From NCBI GenBank assembly GCA_001781445.1, contig MFLB01000039.1, forward strand, positions 1 to 37,177: DNA of 37,177 bases, given 5' to 3'. Position 1 is the first letter of the stretch; every line of letters begins with the position of its first letter. Below, piece by piece: positions 27,835 to 34,985 of the stretch. Below the pieces are notes generated by a model, which saw nothing but the letters and a program-made list of their open reading frames with translations, made no database searches and was not told where the DNA came from. The stretch is from Candidatus Kaiserbacteria bacterium RIFCSPHIGHO2_01_FULL_58_22 (GTDB lineage: Bacteria > Patescibacteriota > Minisyncoccia > Phycocordibacterales > UBA2100). The position numbers were made by a program, and so were the translations under genes.

Positions 27835-29553
27835 TTACCGATCCGGTGGTATGTCGTAGTAGTTTATCAGGAACTTCGCGATGTCGAGAAATGGGCGCGC
27901 GAGCGTGGCCGAGGCGAATTCCGCGCCGTGCGGCTCGACGGCGATGAGAAAGACGATGAATCTCGGATCGTGCGCCGGAAAGTAGCCGAAAAAGGAATGC
28001 AGGTATCGGTCGGGATAGTAGCCGCCGCCGCCCGACCGCGCGATCTGCGCCGTGCCCGTTTTCGCCGCGATCGAATAGTGCTCCTGCTTCAGGATGCCGC
28101 CGAGGAGCGCCGTGTCGAACACCCTGACGAGCATGTCGCTTACCGTCTGCACGGTCTCGGGTTCGAACACCCGCGGCCCCTGCGGGGGCGGGAGGCCACG
28201 CGCGATGCCGCTCTCGAGGCGGATGCCCTTCACGAGGCGCGGGGAAGGCAGGATGCCGCCGTTTGCGAGCGCGCCCAGGCCGCGTATCATTTCCACCGCC
28301 GTCATCGCGATTCCCTGCCCGAACGAGGCCGAAGCGTAGTCCACGTCGTACCCGCGATCGATCGCGCCGATGATGCCGCGCGCTTCATTGGGGAGATCGA
28401 TGCCCGTTTTCTCCCCGAAGCCGAGCGCGTGCAGGTAGCCGCCAAACACGTTCTGACCCATCCTGTCCGCGATGAAGGAAGCCCCGGTGTTGAGCGACTG
28501 GTTCAGCACCTCCTGCATCGAGACGACGCCCCGCGCCTTCCCGTCGTAGTTGCATATCCTCTTGCCGCTCTTTTCGATGCAACCCGTGTCGCGGTACGTC
28601 GTTTTCGGCGTGACGACCCCGGCGTCTATGCCCGCGGCGACCGTGAGCGGCTTCATGATGGAGCCCATCTCGTAGACGTTCTCGACGAGCATGTTGGCGA
28701 ACACGGAAGGATCATTGGCCGTGCTGAAGGTGTTCGGGTCGAATCCGGGCCGCGCGGCCATCCCCACGATCTCTCCCGTGCGCGGGTCCATCACGATCGC
28801 CCCCGCCGCTTTCGGCGCGTAGGATTTCATCACCTTCTCGAGCGTCTCCTCGAGGCGCGCCTCGACCTGCGGCTCGATCGAGGTAACGATGCTTCCGCGC
28901 GAGCCCTCCGGTTCCGGAGAGAGCGCCTCGCCGAGATTCGTGAAGATCTCCGCGAACGGATTCACGTAGAGGCCGGAGGCTTTCGCGAGCGTGTCCTGGT
29001 AGCGGGCTTCGAGCCCGTAGACCCCCACCTTTCTGTCGCCCTTGTATCCCACGAAGCCGATCGCGTGCGCGGCGAGCGCGCCGCCGGGATAGACGCGCCA
29101 TCGGTCGGGCACGAGAATGACGCCCGGTATCTTCTCCTTGCGTATGCGGAGCGCCGCCTCGTCGCCGAGCCGGAACGCGACCTCCTCGTACGGATCGGCG
29201 GCTTTCCCGGCGCTCGCGAGGAAGCGCTCGCGGTCAACGGGGACAAAGCTCCGGAGTTTTTCCAGAACGGCTTCCGGGTCCCGCATCTCCGAGGGAGCGA
29301 TGGCGAGGCGCCATCCCGACTGCATCACGGCCGCGGCGACGAGCTCGCCCCCCTTCTTCGAGAAAAAAATATCCCCGCGATCCTCGCTGTCGGACGCGGC
29401 CGCGACATATTGGCCCTGCGCGCTCCTGCGATGCTCCTCGCCGTGCACGATCTGGACGAAGTACAAGCGCAGTAAGAGAAGCGCGGCGACGCATATGAAG
29501 ACGGCCGAGAGAATCCTCGCCCGCGAGACGATCGTGGGGGCGCTAGATCTCAT
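27835..29553 (-). CDS. ftsI: Penicillin-binding protein 2/FtsI-type peptidoglycan D,D-transpeptidase
   Basis: 572 aa with an N-terminal TM and transpeptidase motifs SIMK (SxxK), SLN (SxN) and KTGT. Confidence 0.9.
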   Translation of the reverse strand: MRSSAPTIVSRARILSAVFICVAALLLLRLYFVQIVHGEEHRRSAQGQYVAAASDSEDRGDIFFSKKGGELVAAAVMQSGWRLAIAPSEMRDPEAVLEKLRSFVPVDRERFLASAGKAADPYEEVAFRLGDEAALRIRKEKIPGVILVPDRWRVYPGGALAAHAIGFVGYKGDRKVGVYGLEARYQDTLAKASGLYVNPFAEIFTNLGEALSPEPEGSRGSIVTSIEPQVEARLEETLEKVMKSYAPKAAGAIVMDPRTGEIVGMAARPGFDPNTFSTANDPSVFANMLVENVYEMGSIMKPLTVAAGIDAGVVTPKTTYRDTGCIEKSGKRICNYDGKARGVVSMQEVLNQSLNTGASFIADRMGQNVFGGYLHALGFGEKTGIDLPNEARGIIGAIDRGYDVDYASASFGQGIAMTAVEMIRGLGALANGGILPSPRLVKGIRLESGIARGLPPPQGPRVFEPETVQTVSDMLVRVFDTALLGGILKQEHYSIAAKTGTAQIARSGGGGYYPDRYLHSFFGYFPAHDPRFIVFLIAVEPHGAEFASATLARPFLDIAKFLINYYDIPPDR

Positions 29554-29968
29554 TGCTCTCCGGCGCGGCCGTGCCTGCCTGTGCGGGCGCGCCCGCAGAC
29601 AGGTTGCCGGGCCGATGCAGATAGAGAGCGTCGGAGACGGGCGAAAGGCCGAGGCGCGCGCCGTCTTCGGGGCCGATGTTCTGGGCGGCGGCGAAATACT
29701 CGCGTTCGAGGCCCGATACGGCGCTCGTGAGGCTCGCAGTCTGCGCGAGCGCCTCTTTTCTCGCGATGACGTTCAGTATCGTCGCGCCGACGAAATAAAC
29801 GTAGGCGCACGCGAGCGCGACGACGATTCCCAGAAGCGCGCGGAACAGCACCGGCTCGACCGGATGCTCGGCGGTGAGGGAAAGACCCCTGCGTGCGGAA
29901 GCAAAATCGAGCTTCCCCTGAAAGACCGAGGGGGCGTATTTGCTTATTTTTTGTATGCGAGCTCTCAT
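29543..29968 (-). CDS. FtsL-like single-pass cell-division protein
   Basis: Start at MRARIQKISK (29968). One TM (VLFRALLGIVVALACAYVYFVGATIL) followed by a helical segment. Position between rsmH and ftsI supports the call. The track ORF N-terminus is encoded by the tandem repeat and is rejected. Confidence 0.55.
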   Translation of the reverse strand: MRARIQKISKYAPSVFQGKLDFASARRGLSLTAEHPVEPVLFRALLGIVVALACAYVYFVGATILNVIARKEALAQTASLTSAVSGLEREYFAAAQNIGPEDGARLGLSPVSDALYLHRPGNLSAGAPAQAGTAAPESNEI

Positions 29969-29973
29969 AAAAT

Positions 29974-30020
29974 AGAAGTTGGAAGTTGGAAGTTGGAAGT
30001 TGGAAGTTGGAAGTTGGAAC
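29974..30020. repeat. Tandem heptamer (GGAAGTT) x about 6.7
   Basis: AGAAGTT then five exact GGAAGTT then GGAAC. On the mRNA this is (AACTTCC)n, ending 5 nt before the ftsL-like ATG. Confidence 0.9.
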
Positions 30021-30041
30021 CTGACTTCCTTCAATTTTTTT

Positions 30042-30995
30042 CTAAGCTCCAATCTTTAACTTCTCAATTACACGAAGTTTCGCGCTTCGGGCTCTCGGAT
30101 TCGCAATGACCTCCTCTCTGCCGGGAACGACGGGTTTCTTGACGAGGCGCTTTCCCTCCCCATCCTTTTCCCACGCCGCGAACATCCGCTTCACGAGCCG
30201 ATCCTCGAGGCTGTGGAACGAGATCACCGCTATCCGGCCTCCCGGCGCGAGTAGTTTCCACGCCGCCGCGAGGCCCTCCGAAAGCGCTCCGAGTTCGTCG
30301 TTGACCGCGATGCGGAGCGCCTGGAACGTGCGCGTCGCCGGGTGGATCCTACCCCCGCGATATCCGCGAGGCGTCGCCTCGCGGATCGTCTCGGCAAGTT
30401 CGTGAGAAGTGCGGAAGGGATGTTTATGCCGACGTTCCACGATCGCTCTCGCTATTCGCCGCGCATAACGCTCCTCGCCGAAGCCGAAGATGATGTCCGC
30501 AAGCGTTTTCTCGCTCCACGTGTTCACGATGGTCGCGGCGGTAACCGCCTCCGCTCCGGGATGCTTCGCGTACGTCATCAACAGCGGCTCGTCCGCCTTG
30601 AACGAAAATCCTCTTCCCGCCTGCGCCCAGCTTGCGGCGGGCAGGCCGGAGTCCAAATTCAACTGATACGAACTCATGCCCAGATCGAAGAGAGCTTTCG
30701 TCATCGACTTCACGCCTAAACGCTCGAGCTCGCGTCCTATATTGCGGAAATTTCCGCATACAAGGCGAACCGGCGCGCGAGCATGTGCAAGGACCTTCCG
30801 CGTGCGTTGAAGCGCGTCGGAATCCGCATCAAAACCTATGAAGAGCCCGTTTCCTCCGAGGCCCTTCACCAACTTTTCTGCGTGTCCTCCACCGCCAAGC
30901 GTTGCGTCTAGGACGACGTCGCCGCGCCGCACGTCGAGCAGGAAAACTACTTCATGTAAAAGAACCGGCGTATGCCCCGACTCGTCTTTAGTCAT
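30042..30995 (-). CDS. rsmH: 16S rRNA (cytosine1402-N4)-methyltransferase
   Basis: Start at MTKDESGHTPVLLHEV (30995). DATLGGGGHAEKL SAM motif, ISFHSLEDRLVK, ...NPRARSAKLRV. Confidence 0.92.
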   Translation of the reverse strand: MTKDESGHTPVLLHEVVFLLDVRRGDVVLDATLGGGGHAEKLVKGLGGNGLFIGFDADSDALQRTRKVLAHARAPVRLVCGNFRNIGRELERLGVKSMTKALFDLGMSSYQLNLDSGLPAASWAQAGRGFSFKADEPLLMTYAKHPGAEAVTAATIVNTWSEKTLADIIFGFGEERYARRIARAIVERRHKHPFRTSHELAETIREATPRGYRGGRIHPATRTFQALRIAVNDELGALSEGLAAAWKLLAPGGRIAVISFHSLEDRLVKRMFAAWEKDGEGKRLVKKPVVPGREEVIANPRARSAKLRVIEKLKIGA

Positions 30996-31098
30996 GGGAT
31001 CGGTGCTCCGTTTCGGGTGACGGCACCGGGTTGCTGGAGGAGGTAAGTCGCGTGCGCATATTTTTTTGGTCCTCCAGCCACCCCGTGTCATCAAGATG

Positions 31099-31175
31099 GT
31101 TAGTAGTTAGTAGTTAGTAGTTAGTAGTTGGATTTTGCATTTGTATCCACTACGGTCTACGAACTACTTTCTACG
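31099..31175. repeat. Palindromic unit with four exact TAGTAGT repeats (mraZ|rsmH spacer)
   Basis: (TAGTAGT)x4 at 31101..31128, loop GGATTTTGCATTTGTATC, partner arm CACTACGGTCTACGAACTACTTTCTACG at 31148..31175. Contains the family 12-mer ACTACTTTCTAC. Confidence 0.85.
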
Positions 31176-31182
31176 TTCTGCC

Positions 31183-31617
31183 CTACAGTGCTCCGATCTC
31201 GCCGAGTTTTTCCGCCAATGCATCGGCCCGTTTCTCGATGCGGGTCTTGTACGCGCGCCAGCGTTCCCTCTCCCACACTTCGATCCGATCCGAGACTCCG
31301 GCGAATATCACGTGTTTCTTCAGGCCCGCGAACGCTTTCTGGTGTTCGGGGATGAGTATTCTTCCCGCCCCGTCAACTTCGACTTCGGCCGCGCCCGATA
31401 GCATGAATCGCGCGAAGCCACGCGTATCCGCCTGAACGAACGAGAGCGATTGCAGTTTTCCGGCGACGTTCTCCCAGGAGCTACGGGAATAGACGAAGAG
31501 GCAGTTGTCGAGCCCCCGCGTCATGACCACTTTCTTCCCGAGAGCCGCTCTAAAGGCCTTCGGGAGGGAGACGCGCTTCTTCTCGTCCAAGCTGTGTTCG
31601 TACTCGCCGATAAACAT
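31183..31617 (-). CDS. mraZ: Transcriptional regulator MraZ
   Basis: MFIGEYEHSLDEKKRVSLPKAFR... and a second SpoVT/AbrB-like repeat ...VDGAGRILIPEHQKAFAGL. The ATG at 31617 is preferred to the track GTG at 31641, which lies inside the putative operator. Confidence 0.9.
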   Translation of the reverse strand: MFIGEYEHSLDEKKRVSLPKAFRAALGKKVVMTRGLDNCLFVYSRSSWENVAGKLQSLSFVQADTRGFARFMLSGAAEVEVDGAGRILIPEHQKAFAGLKKHVIFAGVSDRIEVWERERWRAYKTRIEKRADALAEKLGEIGAL

Positions 31618-31633
31618 ACGTTCTTCTGCACCG

Positions 31634-31671
31634 TTTCCCACTATTTCCCACTAATAAGGAGTATATACCAC
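31634..31671 (-). promoter_or_regulatory. MraZ-box-like direct repeats GTGGGAAA-ta-GTGGGAAA with 10-bp phasing (third degenerate GTGGTAT in phase)
   Basis: The minus strand reads GTGGTATATACTCCTTATTAGTGGGAAATAGTGGGAAAC. Boxes end at 31641, 31651 and 31671, 17-54 nt upstream of the mraZ ATG. Confidence 0.55.
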
Positions 31672-31737
31672 TATACACGCCCGCAAGCCAGTTATCCACA
31701 CTGCTTCGCTCGAGCTTCTGTGAGAGCGTTGCAGTGT

Positions 31738-31765
31738 GTCCTGCGCAACCTTGGCGAAGCAGGAC
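31738..31765. repeat. REP-like hairpin GTCCTGC-gcaaccttggcgaa-GCAGGAC
   Basis: The 26-nt core is 22/26 identical to 25248..25273. Confidence 0.7.
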
Positions 31766-31839
31766 TCGTCAAATACGCCTTGGAGCTACGCAGTGCAGGC
31801 ATAATCTGGGACGGGCTAGAAAATAGCCCCAAAATACGG

Positions 31840-31845
31840 TAATAT
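31840..31845 (+). promoter_or_regulatory. Candidate promoter TAGAAA-N17-TAATAT, with the -10 box 7 nt upstream of the guaA ORF ATG
   Basis: Reads ctAGAAAatagccccaaaatacggTAATATcaggcaaATG. Confidence 0.35.
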
Positions 31846-31852
31846 CAGGCAA

Positions 31853-33442
31853 ATGCTCCGCATCTTCAAAAACGCGACATCAGAAGCGCTCGAAGAGATC
31901 GCCGAGGAGATGCGCGTGCGGAAAGCCTCGAAGTTCGTACTGCTCTTCTCGATGGGCTCGCAGTTCGACCACCTCATCGTCCAACAGCTCGCGAAGCTCG
32001 GCGTCTTCTGCGTCGTCGCCGATCCCGCGACCGTCAAAGCCGACGACGTCGAAAAAGCGAGACCGGCGGGGGTCATTCTTTCGGGAGGCCCCGCGTCCGT
32101 GGAGACGGAGCCGCCGCCTTTTGATGAGAAGATATTCGACCTCGGCATTCCCACGCTCGGCATTTGTCTTGGATTCCAAATGTGGGCGAAACATATCGGA
32201 GCAAAGGTGCCGCCGTCCGAGAAACGAGAGTTCGGCATTCATACATTCACACGCACCGGAGACGACCCGCTTTTCGAGGGAGTGGCCGAGCACACGCAGG
32301 TGCTACAAAGCCACGGTGACACGATCCTTCCCGGCTCCGAGATCACCGTCCTCGGCACGACGGACAATTCTCCGATCGCCGCCGGACACTATAAACATCT
32401 CCGGGGCGTGCAGTTCCATCCGGAAGTCTCGGACACGCTCGAGGGCGCGAAGATGTACGAAAATTTTTGCGTGAAGATATGCGGGATACGCGACCGCTTC
32501 CCCGCTCACGATGTCGCGAAGCAAAAGGTGATGGAATTAAAAAAGCTCGTCCTCGGCAAGCGTGTTCTCATCGCGCTCTCCGGCGGCTCCGATTCGTCTG
32601 TCGTCGCATATCTCTTAAAAGAAGCGGGTGCCAAACTCAAAGGTATTTACATACGCGGGATAGATCGCCCGGACGACGAGGCGTACGTGAAAAAATATTT
32701 CGGGAATGAAGATTGGATAGAGCTTGAAATTGTCGACGCGACGCAGGAATTTCTGAAAGCGCTCAAAGGCAAGTTCTCGATGCGCGAGAAGCGCCTCGCG
32801 ATGCGCGGCGTGTACAAAGACGTGCTCGAGAAGGAGATAACAAAGTTCAAAGCCGACTATATCGCGCAGGGAACGCTCTACACCGACGTACGCGAGAGCG
32901 GCCATGGACATGCGACAGGCGCGCGCGTCGCGGAGATAAAAGTGCATCACAATGTGAAACTCGGATTTTCTGTGCCGGAGATCGCCCCGCTTGAAGATCA
33001 GGTCAAGGACTCCGCGCGCGGCATCGGACGCGACATCGGCGTGCCTGAAGATCTACTCGTGCGTCATCCCTTCCCCGGCCCCGGCCTCGTGGTGCGCATC
33101 GAGGGAGAAGTAACGGCGGAGAAACTTAAAACCGCGCGCGTCGCAGACGGCATCTTCATCGATGAACTGCGCGCGGCGAAACTGTACGAAACCGTCTGGC
33201 AAGCGGGCGCGGTCGTCACCTCCTCGGAGCACGTGGGCACCAAGGGCGACGACGTCGCGCTCGGGCACGTCGTCGCGCTCTGGGCCGTCTGGAGCGTGAA
33301 CGGCTTCACGGCGCGCTTCGCCAAACTCCCCTACGAATTCCTGGACAGGGTTTCCCGTCGGATAACGAACGAGGTGCGCGAAGTCGGCGCGGTCGTGTAT
33401 CGCATTTCCGACAAACCCCCCGCCACCATCGAATGGGGCTAA
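31853..33442 (+). CDS. guaA: GMP synthase (glutamine-hydrolysing)
   Basis: 529 aa. Has a GATase domain (GICLGFQMW, HGD...), ATP-PPase P-loop ALSGGSDSSV and C-terminal ...DKPPATIEWG. An alternative start lies at Met21 (31913). Confidence 0.93.
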   Translation: MLRIFKNATSEALEEIAEEMRVRKASKFVLLFSMGSQFDHLIVQQLAKLGVFCVVADPATVKADDVEKARPAGVILSGGPASVETEPPPFDEKIFDLGIPTLGICLGFQMWAKHIGAKVPPSEKREFGIHTFTRTGDDPLFEGVAEHTQVLQSHGDTILPGSEITVLGTTDNSPIAAGHYKHLRGVQFHPEVSDTLEGAKMYENFCVKICGIRDRFPAHDVAKQKVMELKKLVLGKRVLIALSGGSDSSVVAYLLKEAGAKLKGIYIRGIDRPDDEAYVKKYFGNEDWIELEIVDATQEFLKALKGKFSMREKRLAMRGVYKDVLEKEITKFKADYIAQGTLYTDVRESGHGHATGARVAEIKVHHNVKLGFSVPEIAPLEDQVKDSARGIGRDIGVPEDLLVRHPFPGPGLVVRIEGEVTAEKLKTARVADGIFIDELRAAKLYETVWQAGAVVTSSEHVGTKGDDVALGHVVALWAVWSVNGFTARFAKLPYEFLDRVSRRITNEVREVGAVVYRISDKPPATIEWG

Positions 33443-33445
33443 TCT

Positions 33446-33462
33446 ACGAGGCGTCGCCTCGT
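33446..33462. repeat. Hairpin ACGAGGCG-t-CGCCTCGT flanking the Y1 transposase gene (5' side)
   Basis: Palindrome immediately after the guaA stop. The 19-mer at 33450..33468 is 17/19 identical to 34181..34199. Confidence 0.7.
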
Positions 33463-33474
33463 GGGGTTACATGA

Positions 33475-33480
33475 TATAGT
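33475..33480 (+). promoter_or_regulatory. Candidate -10 box TATAGT 6 nt upstream of the Y1 transposase ATG
   Basis: Reads ATGATATAGT-tgcgat-ATG. Confidence 0.4.
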
Positions 33481-33486
33481 TGCGAT

Positions 33487-34173
33487 ATGGCGTATAGGCG
33501 TGTCCCTTTTCAACTTGATGAGTGGTTCCATTGTTATAACCGAGGCATTGATAAGCGCACGGTATTCGAGTCAGAAGATGACTCAGAGCGTTTTCTTAAG
33601 CTGCTCTATCTTGCAAATTCGGAAGCGAATCTTCATCTGGCCGATATTTCAGATAAAACTGACGCTATCATGACGCGCCAACGGAAAGGAGTTCTCGTTT
33701 CTATCGGCGCGTACTGTCTGATGCCAAACCACTTTCATTTGCTGCTGAAAGAGGTCGTCGAGGGCGGGATCATAAGATTCATGCAAAAGCTCGGGACCGC
33801 CTATGCTATGTATTTCAATACGAAGAATGAGCGATCGGGAAACTTGTTCTTGAAGCCGTTCCGATCGCGACATGTTGGCGATGATCGCTACTTTCAGCGC
33901 GTCGTAGATTACATCCACTGCAACCCGGCAGAACGATTCGAGCCGGGATGGAAAAGAGGCACTGTTCGCAACATGAATCGTCTTGAGCGGCAGCTCCGTG
34001 ACTACCGCTATTCGAGCTTTCCCGACTATGCCCGCGAACGCCGTGCCATCGCCGCAATTTTATCGGACGACGGCTTCAAAGTGTATCGAGATCGCGGACA
34101 GCGAAGAATGCTCGACGACGCCCGTGCCTACTACGCGGACATCGACTTGGATGACCGTGGCCTGCACTCCTGA
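33487..34173 (+). mobile_element. IS200/IS605-superfamily Y1 (HUH) transposase, REP-associated tyrosine transposase (RAYT)-like
   Basis: 228 aa. Has the HUH motif in YCLMPNHFHLLL, the catalytic-Tyr region VVDYIHCNP, and N-terminal ...WFHCYNRG. Confidence 0.8.
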
Positions 34174-34177
34174 CCCG

Positions 34178-34199
34178 CAAGGCGACGCCTCGTGGGTTT
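34178..34199. repeat. Hairpin (C)AAGGCG-a-CGCCT(CG) flanking the Y1 transposase gene (3' side)
   Basis: Direct-orientation counterpart of 33446..33468: GGCGACGCCTCGTGGGTTT. Confidence 0.65.
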
Positions 34200-34318
34200 T
34201 CACGGAGTGGTACACTTGGCGCAAATGAGTAAACTCTCGTGGACGCTCCTCTTGGTCACATCGATGGCTGGCATCGCAAGTATCTATTCGTGACGATCTG
34301 CGCGTGCGCGCACCGATC

Positions 34319-34597
34319 TCAAGCGGCTACAACAAACGGCGTGACGAGCCTATTAACGGCGACGCGCAATTTTTCGAGCGTACCGTCGGCGCGCGCGTAT
34401 TCTACGGCGCGCAGAAGAAGGAGTCCCTCTTCATATGCTTCGGGGCGGTTTGCCGTGCGCAATGCTTCAAGCGTTTTTTGCGCGCGGCCGATCGAAGATT
34501 CATATCGCGCGCGGTCTCCCGCTTCGGCCGCGACGATGCACCGGAGCACGTCGGCTCCGAGATTGGCGAAGTAGAACCGGGCGTTTTTGCCGCTCAT
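34319..34597 (-). CDS. Hypothetical small helical protein (92 aa)
   Basis: Its ATG overlaps the upstream gene's stop (ATGA at 34594..34597). No family recognised. Confidence 0.55.
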   Translation of the reverse strand: MSGKNARFYFANLGADVLRCIVAAEAGDRARYESSIGRAQKTLEALRTANRPEAYEEGLLLLRAVEYARADGTLEKLRVAVNRLVTPFVVAA

Positions 34598-34950
34598 ACG
34601 AACAAATCCGGCAGTACCCGCTCCAGAATGCCGCGGATGTTGTCTCTAACGCCCGTATCCGTTATCTCCATTTCCCGATTTCCTTGCGCCGGGCGGATGT
34701 TGATGAGCGAGACATATTCGACGGCGTCGTCTCCGCGCTTATCGGGATAGAGGTTGAATCCCCAGACGCTCCTCTGCTCTGAACCGTCGGCGATGAGGAT
34801 GTTGTTCGCATCCACATGCCACTCCCCTCCGAGTGCGATAATTTCGCGCTCGATATCGGCGACTCCTTTCACCATGTCGCGGTACATTTCTTTTGCGAGT
34901 TCCCTGACTTCTTCGACGGATATCGGTTCTTTGACGATTTTTATGTTCAT
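34594..34950 (-). CDS. DUF5674-like protein
   Basis: 118 aa. MNIKIVKEPISVEEVRELAKEMYRDMVKGVADIEREIIALGGEWHVDANNILIADGSEQRSVWGFNLYP resembles the DUF5674 pattern I recall from CPR genomes. Confidence 0.6.
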   Translation of the reverse strand: MNIKIVKEPISVEEVRELAKEMYRDMVKGVADIEREIIALGGEWHVDANNILIADGSEQRSVWGFNLYPDKRGDDAVEYVSLINIRPAQGNREMEITDTGVRDNIRGILERVLPDLFV

Positions 34951-34985
34951 GGGAGTATTATAGCCCCTCGACTTCGTTCAGTGCA

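Noticed and set aside
29969-30052. N-terminal extension of the ftsL-like ORF encoding FQLPTSNFQLPTSN
   Set aside because: It is encoded entirely by the tandem heptamer array and overlaps the rsmH stop. The internal Met at 29968 gives a normal FtsL-like topology.
30996-31094. Longer rsmH ORF start (MMTRGGWRTKKICARDLPPP...)
   Set aside because: The Arg/Pro-rich sequence is unlike RsmH N-termini. The conserved HxPVLL motif follows the Met at 30995.
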